DNA of 64,000 nt from the NCBI GenBank assembly GCA_018648805.1, contig JABGQM010000024.1, forward strand, positions 1,065 to 65,064, written 5' to 3'. The position numbers and the translations under genes are program-made. The DNA is from Verrucomicrobiota bacterium. Its GTDB lineage: Bacteria; Verrucomicrobiota; Kiritimatiellia; UBA8416; JABMPJ01. The notes below the pieces were generated by a model, which saw only the letters and a list, made by a program, of their open reading frames with translations, did no database searches and had not been told where the DNA came from. Shown piece by piece: positions 8,607 to 18,574 of the stretch; positions within the stretch are counted from its first letter, which is position 1; every line of letters starts with the position of its first letter.

Positions 8607-10145
8607 CTATAAAAGGGCCGCAGCCTTGGCCTCCTTTTCTATGGCCTCAGCCTGACGGTCCAGCTTCCGCAGGATGACTCCCCACGTCTGCCACACAGTC
8701 GCCTTTTCCGGTTCGAGGGCCGCGGCCTCCCGGCAGAGCGGCAGTGCTTCCTCGTCCCTCCCCAGCGTCGACAAGATCGTGGCAGCACTTATCCTGTACC
8801 CGGCCTTGTCGGGCGCCAATTCGGCCGCTTTCCGAAAGCCCGCCAATGCCGCCTGCAGATCGCCGGTTGCCGCCTGCATGACAGCCAACTCAGCCAACAG
8901 ATCGGGATCGTCCGGCCGCAGGCGCACCGCGTCCTGCAGGTGCTGAAGGCTTTTCTCGGGGTAAGAAGCCTGCAGACACCGCGCCTCACCGATGAGCGCG
9001 TCACTCATATCCTGCCAGCGCGCGTTCGTGCGCTGTGCGACGAACTCGGCCGCCGCAACGGCATCCTCGGTGAACGGTCCAGCGGCCGATGGAACGGCTC
9101 GCTCACCGCCCACCGCCGCCACCACCTCTTTGAGGGCCAGGGCCGCCACGGTACTCCCGGTTTCGTTGGGGTGCCACCCGTCGCCCACCGTGTAGGCGAG
9201 TTTCGGCCCGTTGCCAAGCTTTGTCGCGGCATAGTGTTGACGAAACGCGGGGGCAAGCCGGAAACACGGGATCCCCACCGCGCGGGCAAGCGGTTCAACG
9301 ATCAGGGTGGTGCCGTCCGGCATGAAAGGTATTTCGGTGATCGCGTCGTCCTCGAAGACGGGCCAAACAGCAACGGCCGGCCGAAACCCGTAGATGTCCG
9401 CGAGTCGCCGCAGCAGGGCCAGGCCCTGCACGACGTTGTTCGATCCGATCGCGGTCTTATTCCGCACTACCGGATCGCGCCGCATGCCGAAACTCGTCCA
9501 TCCGGCACTCACCAGCGTGGCGCGGAACAGGTGCGAACGGGCGAACAATGCCCGGAAGGCTGGCGAGGGCACGTCCTTGTCGGCAAGGGCCTCGACAATG
9601 GACGAATTAAAGTTCTCAAAATCGTTCCAAAAGAAGACGACGATCACGATGTCGGGTTCGAATTTCAGCCCTTTAACGCGCAGCAGTTCGACTTCGGCCA
9701 AGGTACAGTAGCCTCCGACGCCGAAGTTCAGTACCTCGGTCTTGCCGTCCGGGTAGAGCTTCTCGAGTTCACGATTCATGACATCGTTGACGTCGGAAAT
9801 CTCGGTGCTCTCGACGATAGAGTCGCCCAGCAGAATCACCCGGCGCACCCCCGGCGGCTTTGCGATGGTGCGCTCGATGTCGCGCTGCCCGTGGGCATTG
9901 ATCCTTTCGCAAGTAAAGTCGTGATCCGGACTCGGGTTGTAGTAGTCAGGCTTCAGCTCGTAGCCGAGGATGGGATTGTCCGAACGCCGGTAGATGGACT
10001 CGTGATCCTCGAAGGACACGGTGATACGCCGGAACGGCGGGGCGAGCTTGAGCGCCATGGCCAGGATCTCCCCCGCTCCGAGGGCCACTACAACCGCGAG
10101 GATCAGCAGCAGGAGGCGAAAGAGGAGGCGCGCGTTCTTGGTCAT
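8607..10145 (-). CDS. SGNH/GDSL hydrolase domain + C-terminal TPR protein, membrane anchored
   Basis: TM anchor LLFRLLLLILAVVVAL; ILLGDSIVES (GDS), GDGWHPNETG (DxxH); C-terminal TPR-like repeats; stop abuts start of paralog 4. Confidence 0.65.
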   Translation of the reverse strand: MTKNARLLFRLLLLILAVVVALGAGEILAMALKLAPPFRRITVSFEDHESIYRRSDNPILGYELKPDYYNPSPDHDFTCERINAHGQRDIERTIAKPPGVRRVILLGDSIVESTEISDVNDVMNRELEKLYPDGKTEVLNFGVGGYCTLAEVELLRVKGLKFEPDIVIVVFFWNDFENFNSSIVEALADKDVPSPAFRALFARSHLFRATLVSAGWTSFGMRRDPVVRNKTAIGSNNVVQGLALLRRLADIYGFRPAVAVWPVFEDDAITEIPFMPDGTTLIVEPLARAVGIPCFRLAPAFRQHYAATKLGNGPKLAYTVGDGWHPNETGSTVAALALKEVVAAVGGERAVPSAAGPFTEDAVAAAEFVAQRTNARWQDMSDALIGEARCLQASYPEKSLQHLQDAVRLRPDDPDLLAELAVMQAATGDLQAALAGFRKAAELAPDKAGYRISAATILSTLGRDEEALPLCREAAALEPEKATVWQTWGVILRKLDRQAEAIEKEAKAAALL

Positions 10146-12409
10146 TTCTGTATCTCCCCTCTCATCTCCCTCGTCTCCCGCAGATTCTCGACCGCTACAG
10201 CATAATCCGGATTCAATCGCACAGCCTCTTCGAAATGCCTGATCGCGTCCGTAAGCCGGCCGCTTTGCTGGTAGAGAGCACCCAGATTGTTGTGGGCCGA
10301 GGCGTCGGCCGGATTGATGCGCACCGCCTGCCGGCCGCGGGCGATGCCCTCATCGGTAAGGCCGAGATGGTGTAGAGCAACGCCCCAGTTCTTGTGGGCG
10401 CCAGCGTAATCCGGCTTGAGCTGCACGACCTGCCGGTAATGCTCGATGGCTTCCCGGGAGCGTCCCAATGCCAGCAGGGCATTGCCCAGGTTGTAGTGGG
10501 CGTCCACCAACGCCGGTTCGATCCGCACGGCCACTTGATAATGAGCAAGCGCGTCCTGCAACCGTCCTGCCGTCTGCAGTGCGATCCCCCAGTTGAAGTG
10601 GGTCTTTGCATCGCCGGGGTTAAGACGTAGCGCCTCCCGGTAGTGCCGAATGGCTTCCAGGGGTTGGCCCATCGCCAGTAGGGCATTGCCCAGGTTGAGA
10701 TGGGCCTCCCCCAGGCCCGGCTTGATCCGTAACGCTTCCCGGGAGTGCTCCGCAGCTTCCCGGGAGCGCCCCATCACCTGCAGAGCGTGACTCAGATTGC
10801 TGTGGGCTTCAGCGTAATTCGGCTGGATCCGCAGGGCCTGCTGATAGTGGACAATCGCCTCTTGCGGCCGCCCCAGGGCGTTAAGCGCAATCCCCAGGTT
10901 GTAGTGCGCCTCTGCGTAGTCCGGGCTGATCCGCAGCGCTTCGCGACAGTGCTCGAGCGCTTCCCGGGAGCGCCCCGAAGCCAGCAGGGCATTACCCAGG
11001 TTGTTGTGGGCCACATGACTCCCGGGACGATAGGTGACATTGTCCTGCCAGATCCCGATTTCGCTGTGATAGGTCCTGTTGCGACCGTGCGTCAGGACGC
11101 CCAACACGATCATGACCGCCATCGTCAGGCAGGCGCCCAGCGCCACACGTTGTTTCGGGATTTTGACGAGCTTTCGAATGGCAACGTCACCCAGCATGAC
11201 CGCCAACGTGACAACGGCAGCCAGCGAGAGATACATGCGATGTTCGAAGATCGCCTGGCGCGTGGGCGCAACGCTGGAGGTCGGGGCCAGGATCAGGAAG
11301 AACCATGCGAGCACAAACCCGTACCACTTGCGGCGCCGGATGCCGCGGCACATCACGGCCAGCAGGCCCAGGATGGCCAACGCAGGGAACACGATGCGAT
11401 ACCATTGATCCTCCATCCCCCATCCATAAGTGAGCACCAGCGGCGAGGGCCAGACCGCCAGACGAAGGTAATGAAGCAGGACAAGGGGTTGGGTAAGGAG
11501 ATAGCGCAGTGGGCTGATGTTGACGAAATCGCTCGTTGATTCCTGCCAGGTGAGCCCAATGATCCCGAAGACGATCAGCCAGGTCGAACAAAGGGCCGCG
11601 TAGAATCGGCCTCGCGCTCGGCCCATCCTTCGCGCTTCGCTGGCTACGGAGGGCAAGCGAGCGCGGGCTACAGAGAGTGGGCCTTGTAGCCCGCGCCCCG
11701 CAGAGCGGGGTAAACTCGCCGCTTGCCCCGCCTTGGCGGGGAGCGCGAGGCCACCAGGTTCGAGGCCACCAGTGAATATGTAATCGTAGAGAATCACGAG
11801 TAGCGGCGCGCTGAACATGGTCTGCTTGACCCCCATGCCGATGGCGCAGGCGAGGACCGCCGCCACGTGCCAGCGTCCACCCTTGTCGCTCGTAAACCCC
11901 CGAATCGAACAGTACATGGTCAGGAGAAACAGCATCCCCATGAGCGACTCGGCGCGTTGCACGATGTAGGTCACGCTCTCGGTCTGCAGCGGATGCACCA
12001 GCCAGATCAAGGCGACGGCAAGCGATAACCAGGTCGGGTTGCCCGGGCATCGCTCGCGAAGGCGCGGCAGGGCCAGTGTACGCCTGACCACCCCGAACAG
12101 CAGCAACCCGGCCCCGATGTGGATCAGCAGGTTGACTAGGTGATAGCCCCACGGTTCCGGGCCGAAGAGCCAGTGGTTCAGGGAGAAAGAGAGGCTGAGC
12201 AGTGGCCGCCCGTCCACGGTCAATGCCGAGCTCCACAGCGGTAGCGACATGGACTCGCTAAGCGGCCAGAGCAGGCGGATGTGGGGGTTATCGCGAATGG
12301 AGGCCAGGTCGTCGTAAACGAACACGCCATCGAAACTGTTCCAGTACGCAAGCACTCCTGCCAAGATGAGCAGGAGGAAGGGAAGCCAGCGCTTGAGTGG
12401 ATGTTTCAT
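10142..12409 (-). CDS. TMTC/PMT-like GT-C + TPR protein (paralog 5), long in-frame REP/BIME insertion
   Basis: Same architecture; ~57-aa insertion LALPAKAGQAASLPRSAGRGLQGPLSVARARLPSVASEARRMGRARGRF encoded by REP cluster 11608..11752. Confidence 0.7.
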   Translation of the reverse strand: MKHPLKRWLPFLLLILAGVLAYWNSFDGVFVYDDLASIRDNPHIRLLWPLSESMSLPLWSSALTVDGRPLLSLSFSLNHWLFGPEPWGYHLVNLLIHIGAGLLLFGVVRRTLALPRLRERCPGNPTWLSLAVALIWLVHPLQTESVTYIVQRAESLMGMLFLLTMYCSIRGFTSDKGGRWHVAAVLACAIGMGVKQTMFSAPLLVILYDYIFTGGLEPGGLALPAKAGQAASLPRSAGRGLQGPLSVARARLPSVASEARRMGRARGRFYAALCSTWLIVFGIIGLTWQESTSDFVNISPLRYLLTQPLVLLHYLRLAVWPSPLVLTYGWGMEDQWYRIVFPALAILGLLAVMCRGIRRRKWYGFVLAWFFLILAPTSSVAPTRQAIFEHRMYLSLAAVVTLAVMLGDVAIRKLVKIPKQRVALGACLTMAVMIVLGVLTHGRNRTYHSEIGIWQDNVTYRPGSHVAHNNLGNALLASGRSREALEHCREALRISPDYAEAHYNLGIALNALGRPQEAIVHYQQALRIQPNYAEAHSNLSHALQVMGRSREAAEHSREALRIKPGLGEAHLNLGNALLAMGQPLEAIRHYREALRLNPGDAKTHFNWGIALQTAGRLQDALAHYQVAVRIEPALVDAHYNLGNALLALGRSREAIEHYRQVVQLKPDYAGAHKNWGVALHHLGLTDEGIARGRQAVRINPADASAHNNLGALYQQSGRLTDAIRHFEEAVRLNPDYAVAVENLRETREMRGEIQK
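11608..11752. repeat. REP/BIME cluster (3-4 units) inside CDS 10142..12409, in frame
   Basis: contains gcgggctacagagagtgggccttgtagcccgcgccccgcagagcggggtaaactcgccgcttgccccgccttggcggggagcgcgaggcc. Confidence 0.8.
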
Positions 12410-12412
12410 CCT

Positions 12413-14455
12413 TCAGCCCTCATCCTTCATCCTTCTCGTCTCCCGCAAATTCTCTCGCGCCACACTGTACTCCGGTTTCAGTCGCAGCGCCTCTTCAAAA
12501 TGCCTGATCGCATCCGGGAGCCGGCCGCTTTCCTGATAGATGGCACCCAGGTTGTTGTGGGCCGAGGCGTCGGCGGGATTGATGCGCACCGCCTGCAGGC
12601 CGTGGACGATGGCCTCATCGTTGCGGCCCAGGTAGAGCAGCGCGACGCCCCAGTTTTTGTGGGCACCGGCGTAGTCCGGCTCACGCAGCAAGACCTGCCG
12701 GTACTGCTCGATCGCTTCCTGTGGTTGCCCCAGCGCCAGCAGGCGATTGCCCAGGTTGTAACGGGCGTCTACCAGGTCCGGGTCGATCCGCACGGCCTTC
12801 CGATAGTGAGACAGTGCGTCCCCCGGCTGCCCTCCCGCCTCAAGTGCGACCCCGTAGTTGTAAAGGGCCTCCGCGTGGCGGGGGTTTAGTCGCACAGCTT
12901 CGCGGTAGTGTTGCATGGCTTCGCGGAGGTCGCCCAGCGCCTGTAGGGCATTGCCCAGGTTGTTGTGGGCATCCGCGTCCATCGGGTCGATACGTAGCGC
13001 TTCCCGGCAGTGTTCGGCCGCTTCGCGGGAACGCCCCAGCGCCTGCAACGCATGGCCCAGGTTATTGTGGGCAACATGGCTCTCGGGTCGATGGGTGACA
13101 TTGTCCTGCCAGATCCGCAGTTGACTGTGATAGTCCCGGTTGCGATCGTGAGTGCGGTATCCCAACACGATCACGCTTGCCAGCGCCAGGCAGCCGCCCA
13201 CTGCGGCACGTCGTTTCGGGTCCGTGGCGAACTTTCGAACAGCGTACTCAGCGCCAAGAACGGCAAGCATGACAGCTGCCGCCAGCGACAGGTACATGCG
13301 ATGCTCGAAGATGGCCTGGCGCATGGGTGCGATGCTGGAGGTCGGGGCCAAGATCAGGAAGAACCACGCGAGAACGAATCCGTACCATTTGCGGCGGACT
13401 ATGCCGCGGAACATCACGGCGAGCATACCCAGGATGGCCAGAGCAGGAAACACGATGCGGGGCCATTGATCCTCCAGCGTCCAGCCGTAGGACAATACCA
13501 GCGGCGAAGGCCAGACCGCCAGGCGCAGGTACTGCAGCAGAACGAGGGGCTGGGTCAGGAGATAGCGCAGCGGGCTGATGCTGACGAAATCGCTCGTCGA
13601 TTCCTGCCAGGTGGCGACGATGATCGCAAAGACGATCAGCCAGGTCGAGCAAAGGGCCGCGTAGAACCGGCCTCGCGCTCGGCCCATCCTTCGCGCTTCG
13701 CTGGCTACGGAGGGCAGGCGAGCGCGGGCTACAGAGAGCGGGTCCTGTAGCCCGCGCCCCGCGGAGCGGGGTAAACTCGCCGCTTGCCCCGCCTTGGCGG
13801 GGAGCGCGAGGCCATCGGTGAATATGTAATCGTAGAGAATCACGAGTAGCGGCGCGCTGAACATGGTCTGCTTGACCCCCATCCCACAGGCACAGGCGAG
13901 GACGGTGGCCGCGTACCAGCGGCCACTCTTCTCGCCTCTGAGTCCCCGAATCGCGCAGTACATCGTCAGCAGGAAGAGCAGCCCCATCAGCGATTCGGCG
14001 CGCTGTACGATGTAGGTTACGCTCTCGGTCTGCAGGGGGTGGACCAGCCAGATCGCTGCCGTGGCCATGGCAATCCAACAGCCACTGCCCTCATACCGCT
14101 CGCGAAACTGTGGAAGATCAAGCGTGCGCCGGACCACTCCGAAGAGCAGCAGCCCGGCCGCGATATGAATCAGAAGGTTGACCAGATGGTAGCCCCGGGG
14201 CTCCGGACCGAGCAGGGCGTGGTTCAGGGCAAAGGAGAGGCTGAGCAGCGGCCGGCCATCCACGGTCATCCCCGTGCTCCACAGCGGCAGCGACATGGAT
14301 TCGCTCAGCGGCCACAGTCTACAGATGTGTGGGTTATCCCGGATGGAGTGGACGTCGTCGTACAGGAACACACCATCGAAGCTGTTCCAATACGCCGCCA
14401 CCCCCACCAGGATAAGGAGGAGGAAGGGAAGCCAGCTCTTGAGCGGATGTTTCAT
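12413..14455 (-). CDS. TMTC/PMT-like GT-C + TPR protein (paralog 6), in-frame REP/BIME insertion
   Basis: Same motifs; insertion identical in type to paralog 5 (REP cluster 13669..13813). Confidence 0.7.
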   Translation of the reverse strand: MKHPLKSWLPFLLLILVGVAAYWNSFDGVFLYDDVHSIRDNPHICRLWPLSESMSLPLWSTGMTVDGRPLLSLSFALNHALLGPEPRGYHLVNLLIHIAAGLLLFGVVRRTLDLPQFRERYEGSGCWIAMATAAIWLVHPLQTESVTYIVQRAESLMGLLFLLTMYCAIRGLRGEKSGRWYAATVLACACGMGVKQTMFSAPLLVILYDYIFTDGLALPAKAGQAASLPRSAGRGLQDPLSVARARLPSVASEARRMGRARGRFYAALCSTWLIVFAIIVATWQESTSDFVSISPLRYLLTQPLVLLQYLRLAVWPSPLVLSYGWTLEDQWPRIVFPALAILGMLAVMFRGIVRRKWYGFVLAWFFLILAPTSSIAPMRQAIFEHRMYLSLAAAVMLAVLGAEYAVRKFATDPKRRAAVGGCLALASVIVLGYRTHDRNRDYHSQLRIWQDNVTHRPESHVAHNNLGHALQALGRSREAAEHCREALRIDPMDADAHNNLGNALQALGDLREAMQHYREAVRLNPRHAEALYNYGVALEAGGQPGDALSHYRKAVRIDPDLVDARYNLGNRLLALGQPQEAIEQYRQVLLREPDYAGAHKNWGVALLYLGRNDEAIVHGLQAVRINPADASAHNNLGAIYQESGRLPDAIRHFEEALRLKPEYSVARENLRETRRMKDEG
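13669..13813. repeat. REP/BIME cluster inside CDS 12413..14455, in frame
   Basis: near-duplicate of 11608..11752 cluster. Confidence 0.8.
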
Positions 14456-14500
14456 CCTTCAGCTTTCATCCTTCATCCCTCATCCCTCATCCCTCATCCC
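14452..14500. repeat. Heptanucleotide tandem repeat (GAGGGAT)4-GAAGGAT spanning stop codon of paralog 7 and RBS/start of paralog 6
   Basis: minus-strand reading: agagggatgagggatgagggatgagggatgaaggatgaaagctgaaggATG; 2-3-unit versions at 4488..4520 and 12405..12440. Confidence 0.75.
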
Positions 14501-16699
14501 TCTCTTCATCATTTTCCTCGCCTTGCGCAGATTATCTCGCGCCGCAGTATAGTCCGGTTTCAATCGCAGCGCCTCTTCAAAATGCCGGATCGCCTCGGCG
14601 AGTCGGCCGCTTTTCTGGTAGGTCATGCCCAGCTTGTAGTGGGCTGGTGCGAACTCCGGTTCGAAACGCAGGGCGTCTCGATAGCAGTCCATCGCCTCCC
14701 CGGGCTTCCCGGCCGCTTCCAGTGCAATCCCCAGGTTGTACTTGACCTCGGGGGAGTGCGGCTTGAGACGGGCTGCTTCACGGTGGTGCCTGACCCCTTC
14801 CCGGGGCTGTCCCTGCGCCAATAGCGCGTTGCCCAGGTTGATGTGAGCTTCCGCGTGATTCGGGTCGAGCTGTATGGCCTCTCGGTAGCGGGCAATCGCT
14901 TGCCGCGGCTCACCGGCTGCCTCCAGGGCAACCCCCATATTGTAGTTGATTCCGACGGAGTCCGGCTTGAGCCTGAGCGCATCCCGGTAATGCACAATCG
15001 CCTCCCGTGGATGCCCGCCTCTCAGCAGGGCATCACCCAGATTGCCCTGGGCGTCTTCCAGGTCCGGCTTGATCCGTACGGCCTCTCGATAGTGATCTAT
15101 CGCCTCCCCCCGCTGTCCCGACACCTCCAGGGCGATACCCAGGTTGTAGTTGACATCGGCGTCGTCCGGTTTGAGCCGAAGCGCCGCCCGGTAGTGCCGT
15201 ATGGCTTCACGGGTCTGCTTCAGAGCTAGCAGGGCATTGCCCAGGTTGTTGTGAGCATCTGCATACTCCGGGTCGATCCGCAGCGCTTCCCGGCAATGCG
15301 GAAGCGCTTCCCGGGCGCGACCCGACGCCAGCAGGGCCTCGCCGAGATTGACGTGGGCCAGCTGGCTCTCCGGCCGATGCGCAACATTGTCCTGCCACAA
15401 CCCGATGGTGCTGTGATAGTCACGGTTGCGAGCATAGGTGAGGGCCCCGAGGACAACCACGACTACCGCTGCCAGGGCGCCACGCGCCATTGCACGCGTT
15501 GAAACCGTGCGAACGCATCGGACCACGCGCGAGACGCCGATCACCGCGAGGACCACGACCGCCGCGAGCGACAGGTACATGCGGTGCTCGACCATCGCCT
15601 GCCGTGTGGGTGCGATGCTGGAGGTCGGTGCGAGGATCAGGAGGAACCACGCCAGGACGAACCCATACCAGCGGCGGCGCCACAGGCCCCGAATCATCAC
15701 GGCCAGCATGCCCAGAATAACCAGGGCCGGAAACACGATGGGTGGCCACTGAGTTGTAAATGGCCACTCGTAAGACAGAACCAGTGGCGACGGCCAGACC
15801 GCCAGGCGCAGATACTGCAGTAGAACGAGGGGCTGGGTAAGGGCGTAGCGCAGCGGACTGATCTCGACAAAATCGATCGTCGATTCCTTCCAGGTTAACC
15901 CGATGATGCCGAGAACGATCAGCCAGGTGGCAAAGAGGCCCGCGTAGAACCGGCCTCGCGCTCGGCGAGCGCGGGCTACATGGCCCGATCTCTGTAGCCC
16001 GCGCTCGCCGAGCGCGAGGCCATCGGTGAATACGTAGTCATAGAGAATCACCAGCAGCGGTGCACTGAACATCGTCTGCTTGACTCCCATGCCGATGGCG
16101 CAGGCGACGACGGCGGCCACGTACCAGCGTCCACCCTTGTCGCTCGTGAACCCCCTAATCGCACAATACATCGTCAACAGAAACAACATCCCCATCAGTG
16201 ACTCGGCGCGTTGCACGATGTAGGTGACGCTCTCGGTCTGCAGCGGATGCACCAGCCAGATCAAGGCGACGGCAAGCGACAACCAGGTCGGGTTGCCCGG
16301 GCATCGCTCGCGAAAGCGCGGCAGGTCCAGTGTACGCCTGACCACCCCGAAGAGGAGCAACCCGGCCACGAGGTGAATCAGCAGGTTGACCAGGTGGTAG
16401 CCCCACGGTTCCGGGCCGAACAAGAAATGATTCAGAGCAAATGACAGACTGAGCAACGGCCGCCCGTCCACGGTCGTAGCCGTGCTCCACAGCGGCAGCG
16501 ACATAGCCTCACTGAGCGGCCACAGCGTGCGGATATGTGGGTTATCCCGAATGGAGGTTAGATCGTCGTACAGGAACACGCCGTCGAAGCTGTTCCAGTA
16601 CGCCAGCACACCCGCCAAGATCAGGAGCAAGGGGGGGAGGAAACGACTCAGCAGTATGTGAGTGTGTGGGTGTCTGGGTATGTTGGTGTTGCGTTGCAT
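14480..16699 (-). CDS. TMTC/PMT-like GT-C + TPR protein (paralog 7), in-frame REP insertion
   Basis: N-term MQRNTNIPRHPHTHILLSRFLPPLLLIL then conserved core; insertion DGLALGERGLQRSGHVARARRARGRF from REP pair 15952..16021. Confidence 0.7.
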   Translation of the reverse strand: MQRNTNIPRHPHTHILLSRFLPPLLLILAGVLAYWNSFDGVFLYDDLTSIRDNPHIRTLWPLSEAMSLPLWSTATTVDGRPLLSLSFALNHFLFGPEPWGYHLVNLLIHLVAGLLLFGVVRRTLDLPRFRERCPGNPTWLSLAVALIWLVHPLQTESVTYIVQRAESLMGMLFLLTMYCAIRGFTSDKGGRWYVAAVVACAIGMGVKQTMFSAPLLVILYDYVFTDGLALGERGLQRSGHVARARRARGRFYAGLFATWLIVLGIIGLTWKESTIDFVEISPLRYALTQPLVLLQYLRLAVWPSPLVLSYEWPFTTQWPPIVFPALVILGMLAVMIRGLWRRRWYGFVLAWFLLILAPTSSIAPTRQAMVEHRMYLSLAAVVVLAVIGVSRVVRCVRTVSTRAMARGALAAVVVVVLGALTYARNRDYHSTIGLWQDNVAHRPESQLAHVNLGEALLASGRAREALPHCREALRIDPEYADAHNNLGNALLALKQTREAIRHYRAALRLKPDDADVNYNLGIALEVSGQRGEAIDHYREAVRIKPDLEDAQGNLGDALLRGGHPREAIVHYRDALRLKPDSVGINYNMGVALEAAGEPRQAIARYREAIQLDPNHAEAHINLGNALLAQGQPREGVRHHREAARLKPHSPEVKYNLGIALEAAGKPGEAMDCYRDALRFEPEFAPAHYKLGMTYQKSGRLAEAIRHFEEALRLKPDYTAARDNLRKARKMMKRGMRDEG
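15952..16021. repeat. REP pair inside CDS 14480..16699, in frame
   Basis: ggcctcgcgctcggcgagcgcgggctaca...ctgtagcccgcgctcgccgagcgcgaggcc. Confidence 0.85.
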
Positions 16700-16775
16700 G
16701 ACAAACGATTAAGGCGAGAGATTAAGGCGAAAGAGTGGAAAACCCAAGCCGGAAACCCTAGTCCTTCGCCCTGAT
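16700..16775. repeat. Family D hairpin element (degenerate copy) in 5' leader of paralog 7
   Basis: gattaaggcgagagattaaggcgaaagagtgg aaaacccaagccggaaacc ctagtccttcgccctgatc. Confidence 0.6.
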
Positions 16776-17025
16776 CGTCCGGGGGCCTCGCCCGGACTTC
16801 CGACGCGGGCGAGAAAGGGAGGGCGGGGTCGAAAGGCGGGGGCATTGAGTGAGGCAGGGCCAGACCTAGAAACTGGAAAGTAGAGTGACGTTCGGGCGTG
16901 GCAGTCTTTCTGCATGCCGAGACCGTGGCGAGTACGATATCCTGGGCGAAGTACCATGTGACCAGCAGAGGCAATGGGCGAGCGCGTATCTTTCTGTGCC
17001 GGTCAGACAACCTGCGATTCCTCGA

Positions 17026-18357
17026 TCAGCTCGCGGCAGCGCTGGAGGCCGACAGCAGCCACTTCCAGGCGGGGATCACTTCAACGGTGACACCGTCGAT
17101 GTTCGTCGTTTCTTCGCTGTTGAACGTGATGATGCAGTTCCGGGTCGTTTTCAGGTGGGCGGCCGCCGGTGGAATGGCTCGGAGTTCACGCTCGCGCACC
17201 GAGGCGGTATCCATTGCATAGCACACCTGGTAGAGCTCCCTGTCTGAGGACCTTCCGCGCTTTCGAACCGCCACGAAATCCACTTCATGTCCCTGGCGTG
17301 TGCGGTAGTATGAAATCTTGTATCCCCGTCTCCGAAGCTCCAGGTAGATGAGATTCTCAAACTGCCGGGTTGGATCAACTCCCTCCGCTGGTACTATCGC
17401 GTCGGCTAAGGCCCAGTCCACTGCGTAGACCTTTCGGTAGTTCTGGCTTCGTACCTTCTCTGAACTGGAGAAGAACTCGACGGAAAACAGCATGTAGGCT
17501 TCCTGGAGATAGTGCATATATCTGTACAGGGTCTCCGCCGAGAACCTGACGCCATCCCGCCGCAGGTTGACGATGATCTTGTTTATCGTGACAGGACACG
17601 ACGTCCTGGACAGCAGGGCGTGCGAGAATCGCGAGAAGGCCACGATGTTGATGTTGTCGTCAGGATGGGCTTCAATGATGTCCCGCAGCACCATCGTATC
17701 CCAGTAGCTCTCCAGAAGGTCGCGATGCAGCTCAGGGGGTAGGTCCAGTAGCCCAGGGAAGCCGCCCTGTCGAATATAGCGTTGCAGCAGCTTTATGAGG
17801 CGCGTCGCACCGCCTGTTGAGACTGTATCCGGTTCGACCTCGTAGTGTCTTGCGAACTCACCAAACGAAAAGGGGAGGAGTTCGCGTGAAAAATTCTTGC
17901 CGCGCAACCCCGACGCAATATCTCCCTTGAGCAGCTTCGATGTAGACCCTGTGATCAGCACCTTGTTCCTGTGCCCGTCGAGAAGGTGAAGGACGTAATC
18001 TTCCCATCCCTCGATTCGATGGATTTCATCGAATATAAAGAAGATGTCTTCCTTACCTTGTTTCTCCGGATACAGCGCGAAGTAAGCGGTGTCGATCTGG
18101 GTCAGGTCGTCCACGGAGAGTGTTCTCAACCTTGGATCGTGAAACTGAATGCGGCAGATATTCTCCCGTGCCACCCCACGCTCAATCAGTTCGCTTGCAT
18201 ATTGGTAGGTCCTGAACGTCTTGCCGGCACGCCTGGAGCCAACGACGGCGAAAGACATGTTTGCGATGGGCGTTATCTCCAGATCCCGGCGGGTGAGGGG
18301 GGGGAACTCTGACTTCTGGAAATCGAGAATAATTCGCTGTAAAACCTCGATATTCAT
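17026..18357 (-). CDS. AAA+ superfamily ATPase (COG1373 / DUF4143-type)
   Basis: Walker A VVGSRRAGKT, Walker B IFFIFDEIH; start set at MNIEVLQ where GGGAG RBS precedes ATG (18357); the longer ORF-track start 18435 lacks an RBS. Confidence 0.7.
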   Translation of the reverse strand: MNIEVLQRIILDFQKSEFPPLTRRDLEITPIANMSFAVVGSRRAGKTFRTYQYASELIERGVARENICRIQFHDPRLRTLSVDDLTQIDTAYFALYPEKQGKEDIFFIFDEIHRIEGWEDYVLHLLDGHRNKVLITGSTSKLLKGDIASGLRGKNFSRELLPFSFGEFARHYEVEPDTVSTGGATRLIKLLQRYIRQGGFPGLLDLPPELHRDLLESYWDTMVLRDIIEAHPDDNINIVAFSRFSHALLSRTSCPVTINKIIVNLRRDGVRFSAETLYRYMHYLQEAYMLFSVEFFSSSEKVRSQNYRKVYAVDWALADAIVPAEGVDPTRQFENLIYLELRRRGYKISYYRTRQGHEVDFVAVRKRGRSSDRELYQVCYAMDTASVRERELRAIPPAAAHLKTTRNCIITFNSEETTNIDGVTVEVIPAWKWLLSASSAAAS

Positions 18358-18574
18358 GATCTGTAACTCCCTTTTTTTTTTGCGCGGCGATCTGGTATTG
18401 CGCGGTTGAGTTGTTGTCTTGTGAACAGAAGACATAGCATAAATAGTCTTCTTCTCGCAAGAAGATTGTCAAAAGGAAGAGGAGGATGAGAAGACCAAAG
18501 CGCTTAGGGCCAGGCCGGTGAAGCATTCGCCAAGGCCCTGGCCCCATCGCTCCAATCCAGCGTCAGTTAGCGCC

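Noticed and set aside
8940-10205. 421-aa plus-strand ORF
   Set aside because: Antisense to the SGNH-TPR gene 8607..10145, with a low-complexity Arg/Gly-rich product. The same reasoning rejects the long antisense ORFs 4859..5596, 7038..7697, 10745..11539, 13010..13750, 14039..14824, 29559..31028, 31137..32213, 32388..33719, 42099..43103, 46976..48190, 51444..52682, 52021..52635 (5' extension of E1 beta), 56699..57547 and 58856..60637.
16648-17247. Several 80-120-aa ORFs in the 330-bp gap after paralog 7
   Set aside because: They overlap each other and the hairpin element D, and have no RBS or motifs. The region is probably a promoter/leader for 14480..16699.
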